From contig NW_021823913.1 of NCBI RefSeq assembly GCF_006345805.1, positions 1-20,761 on the forward strand: 20,761 bases of DNA. Reading direction: 5' to 3'. Shown in pieces: positions 18,481-20,761 of this stretch. This DNA is from Octopus sinensis (lineage: Eukaryota). Each line of letters opens with the position of its first letter. The stretch's first letter is position 1. The position numbers were made by a program, and so were the translations under genes. The notes beneath the pieces were generated by a model. It worked only from the letters and a program-made list of their open reading frames with translations, made no database searches and was not told the origin of the DNA.

Positions 18481-18764
18481 TAATAATCAAGGATAAATAT
18501 AAAAAAAATTTTATCAGTGGTCAGCATGTAAAAATAGACCTATTAATGTGAAATCATATATATAATCATATATATAAGGGTACAGAAAAATTCTAGCCTA
18601 TATGCTGAAAATAGACGCTAAAACGTCCAGCCGCTTTAAAAGTCTATGTTCAGCATATGACCTTAATATATATATATATAGGGGAGAATTCATACACAAA
18701 AAAAGACAAAGACAGGTGGTGTAGACAACAAACAGATGTATTAGTATAACGAAAACATACATGT

Positions 18765-18785
18765 ATATGTATATATATATATAAT

Positions 18786-18833
<48 letters not shown>
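18765..18833. repeat. (TA)n microsatellite
   Basis: Read directly. Confidence 0.95.
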
Positions 18834-18834
<1 letters not shown>

Positions 18835-19082
18835 GGGCAATCTTTTACTGGAAAGCAATACTTTCGTATTGTATTATCATTTTCATTGAAACTTCTTCAC
18901 TGTTATCGTTCTGTTAGTGTTTTGGCGTTCAGACGAGTGTATTGGCATAGATGTGGCAACATATGAAATTTTGTCCAGGTATATGCAGCAGATGAAGACA
19001 AATCAAATCTACGTTGTCAAACGTATTTAAAGACTCTGAAACCGGTACTGCATTATCCGTTTCTAGGTTTCCCATTTTTCAG

Positions 19083-19097
19083 ATGTTCTTCCTACAG
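19083..19097 (+). other. Candidate 15-nt microexon
   Basis: tttcccatttttcAG|ATGTTCTTCCTACAG|GTAAGA: pyrimidine-rich acceptor, consensus donor, and length divisible by 3. Sequence signals only. Confidence 0.3.
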
Positions 19098-19238
19098 GTA
19101 AGACAAATTTTTTTTCATCTTTGTTGCACACACGCGTCTTTGCTAGTACATACGCAGTGAAGCTATACAATAGCGTCGCATTTATTACGATTGCTATTTT
19201 CCAGTAAATATCGGTGCCTCGTTGTACCATTTATTTAC

Positions 19239-19465
<227 letters not shown>

Positions 19466-19909
19466 CATGTCATTATGAGCAGAAAAATATTGCATGTCTA
19501 TACAAGGGACATAACAGAATATTGCCAATGTAACATTCTTTAGTTATTCCCCTTTAACTAGATTTTTATAGCCTGACTGTGTTTTCCTATAGCAGCAGCT
19601 ATAGGCACCGTTGAAACAGTTTCTACTGCTGCACTTATTTCAGTTTGCTGCTTATTTCATAGCTAAGCTACCATTTCTTTTCATTTAAGAGGGAGCAAAG
19701 CAGCTCCACGCTCACGTAACTACTACCCTGACACGACACACGCGTGTAGAATTACATAGGTCTTCCACCCAGTTTTCGTTTACGAAATTCTACTCAGAAA
19801 ATATTGAAAACACTGTGGTTGCTAAACGAAGTTCTTGACCACAGAATTATGTCTGCGTATGCTTTGTTAATATTCTTCTTCTTTGTTTTCCCTTCTACTA
19901 TTTACTCCT

Positions 19910-20295
19910 GGAGGCGCAATGGCCCAGTGGTTAGGGCAGCGGACTCGCGGTCTCGTAGGATCGCGGTTTCGATTCCCAGACCGGGCGTTGTGAGTGTTTA
20001 TTGAGCGAAAACACCTAAAAGCTCCACGAGGTTTCCCGGCAGGGGATGGTGGTGATCCCTGCTGTACTCTTTCCCACAACTTTCTCTCACTCTTCTTTCT
20101 GTTTCTGTTGTACCTGTATTTCAAGGGCCGGCCTTGTCACTCTCTGTGTCACGCTGAAATATCCCCGAGAACTGCGTTACGGGTACACGTGTTGTGGAGG
20201 CTCACCACTTACACGTTAATTTCACGAGCAGGCTGTTCCGTTGATTCGGATCAACCGGAACCCTCGTCGTCATAACCGACGGAGTGCTTCCATCC
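19910..20295 (+). mobile_element. SINE family C, full length
   Basis: Head GGAGGCGCAATGGCCCAGTGG...GGTTTCGATTCC to tail GGAGTGCTTCCATCC; 11-bp TSD ACTATTTACTC at 19897-19907/20296-20306, i.e. inserted in the tail region of the adjacent A copy. Confidence 0.95.
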
Positions 20296-20300
20296 ACTAT

Positions 20301-20700
20301 TTACTCATTTCAGTCATTTGACTGTAGCCATGCTGAAGCACCGCCTTTAGTCGAGCAAATCAACCCCAGGACTTATTCTTTGTAAGCCTAGTACTTATTC
20401 TATCGGTCTCTTTCGCCGAACCGCTAAGTTACGGGGACATAAACACACCACCATCGATTGTCAAGTGATGTTGGGTGGGGGACAAACACAGACACACAGA
20501 GACACACACACATATACATATATATATACATATATACGACGAGCTTCTTTCAGTTTCCGTCTACCAAATCCACTCACAAGGCTTTGGTCAGCCCGAGGCT
20601 ATAGTAGAAGACACATGCCCAAGGTGCCACGCAGTGGGACTGAACCCGGAACCTTGTGGTTCGTAAGCAAGCCACTTACCACACAGCCACTCCTACGCCT
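20301..20700 (-). mobile_element. SINE family A, full length
   Basis: Complete homology to other A copies. Confidence 0.95.
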
Positions 20701-20761
20701 GCGTTTAAAGATACATCTTTTCTGCAATGAAACTAGAGAAAAGTAGGCATTGCATTGCCGC

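Noticed and set aside
18601-18632. Hammerhead-like CTGAAAA-TAG..CTA-AAAC-GTC
   Set aside because: Two essential core G residues are missing and there is no loop III; better explained as part of the 59-nt hairpin.
18845-18905. Minus-strand GTGAAGA...CGAAAG hammerhead-like remnant
   Set aside because: The core C is mutated and stems I and II do not pair convincingly.
19586-19605. 8-bp hairpin CCTATAGC-AGCA-GCTATAGG and a nearby NAGNAG acceptor
   Set aside because: Short enough to occur by chance, and no downstream donor or sustained reading frame was found.

Overview
AT-rich, repeat-saturated animal genomic DNA. It is most likely coleoid cephalopod (Octopus-like); this is an inference from the tRNA-derived SINE repertoire and the microsatellite load. 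No intact protein-coding gene is visible, and every long ORF in the supplied track is a by-product of repeats. The window is a nested stack of mobile-element relics. There are five recurrent tRNA-derived SINE families, labelled A-E here, which share modules. Decayed coding relics include a Penelope-like RT, a Tc1/mariner 3' end, a Chapaev3-like transposase, an L1/Tx1-type endonuclease and a hAT 5' end. It also holds 30-bp and 50-bp minisatellites, several microsatellites and a 105-bp near-perfect inverted repeat. Four observations stand out. (1) SINE-B occurs as head-plus-concatemer arrays of a ~184-bp unit with the same hairpin-forming junction at three loci; one is a 7-mer inside a single 9-bp TSD. 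(2) There are two minimal type-I hammerhead ribozyme motifs with palindromic stem III, the Penelope/retrozyme-type architecture. (3) All SINE-A copies lie on the minus strand. (4) A candidate 15-nt plus-strand microexon suggests the window may be intronic. Family assignments come from manual motif recognition, not database searches.
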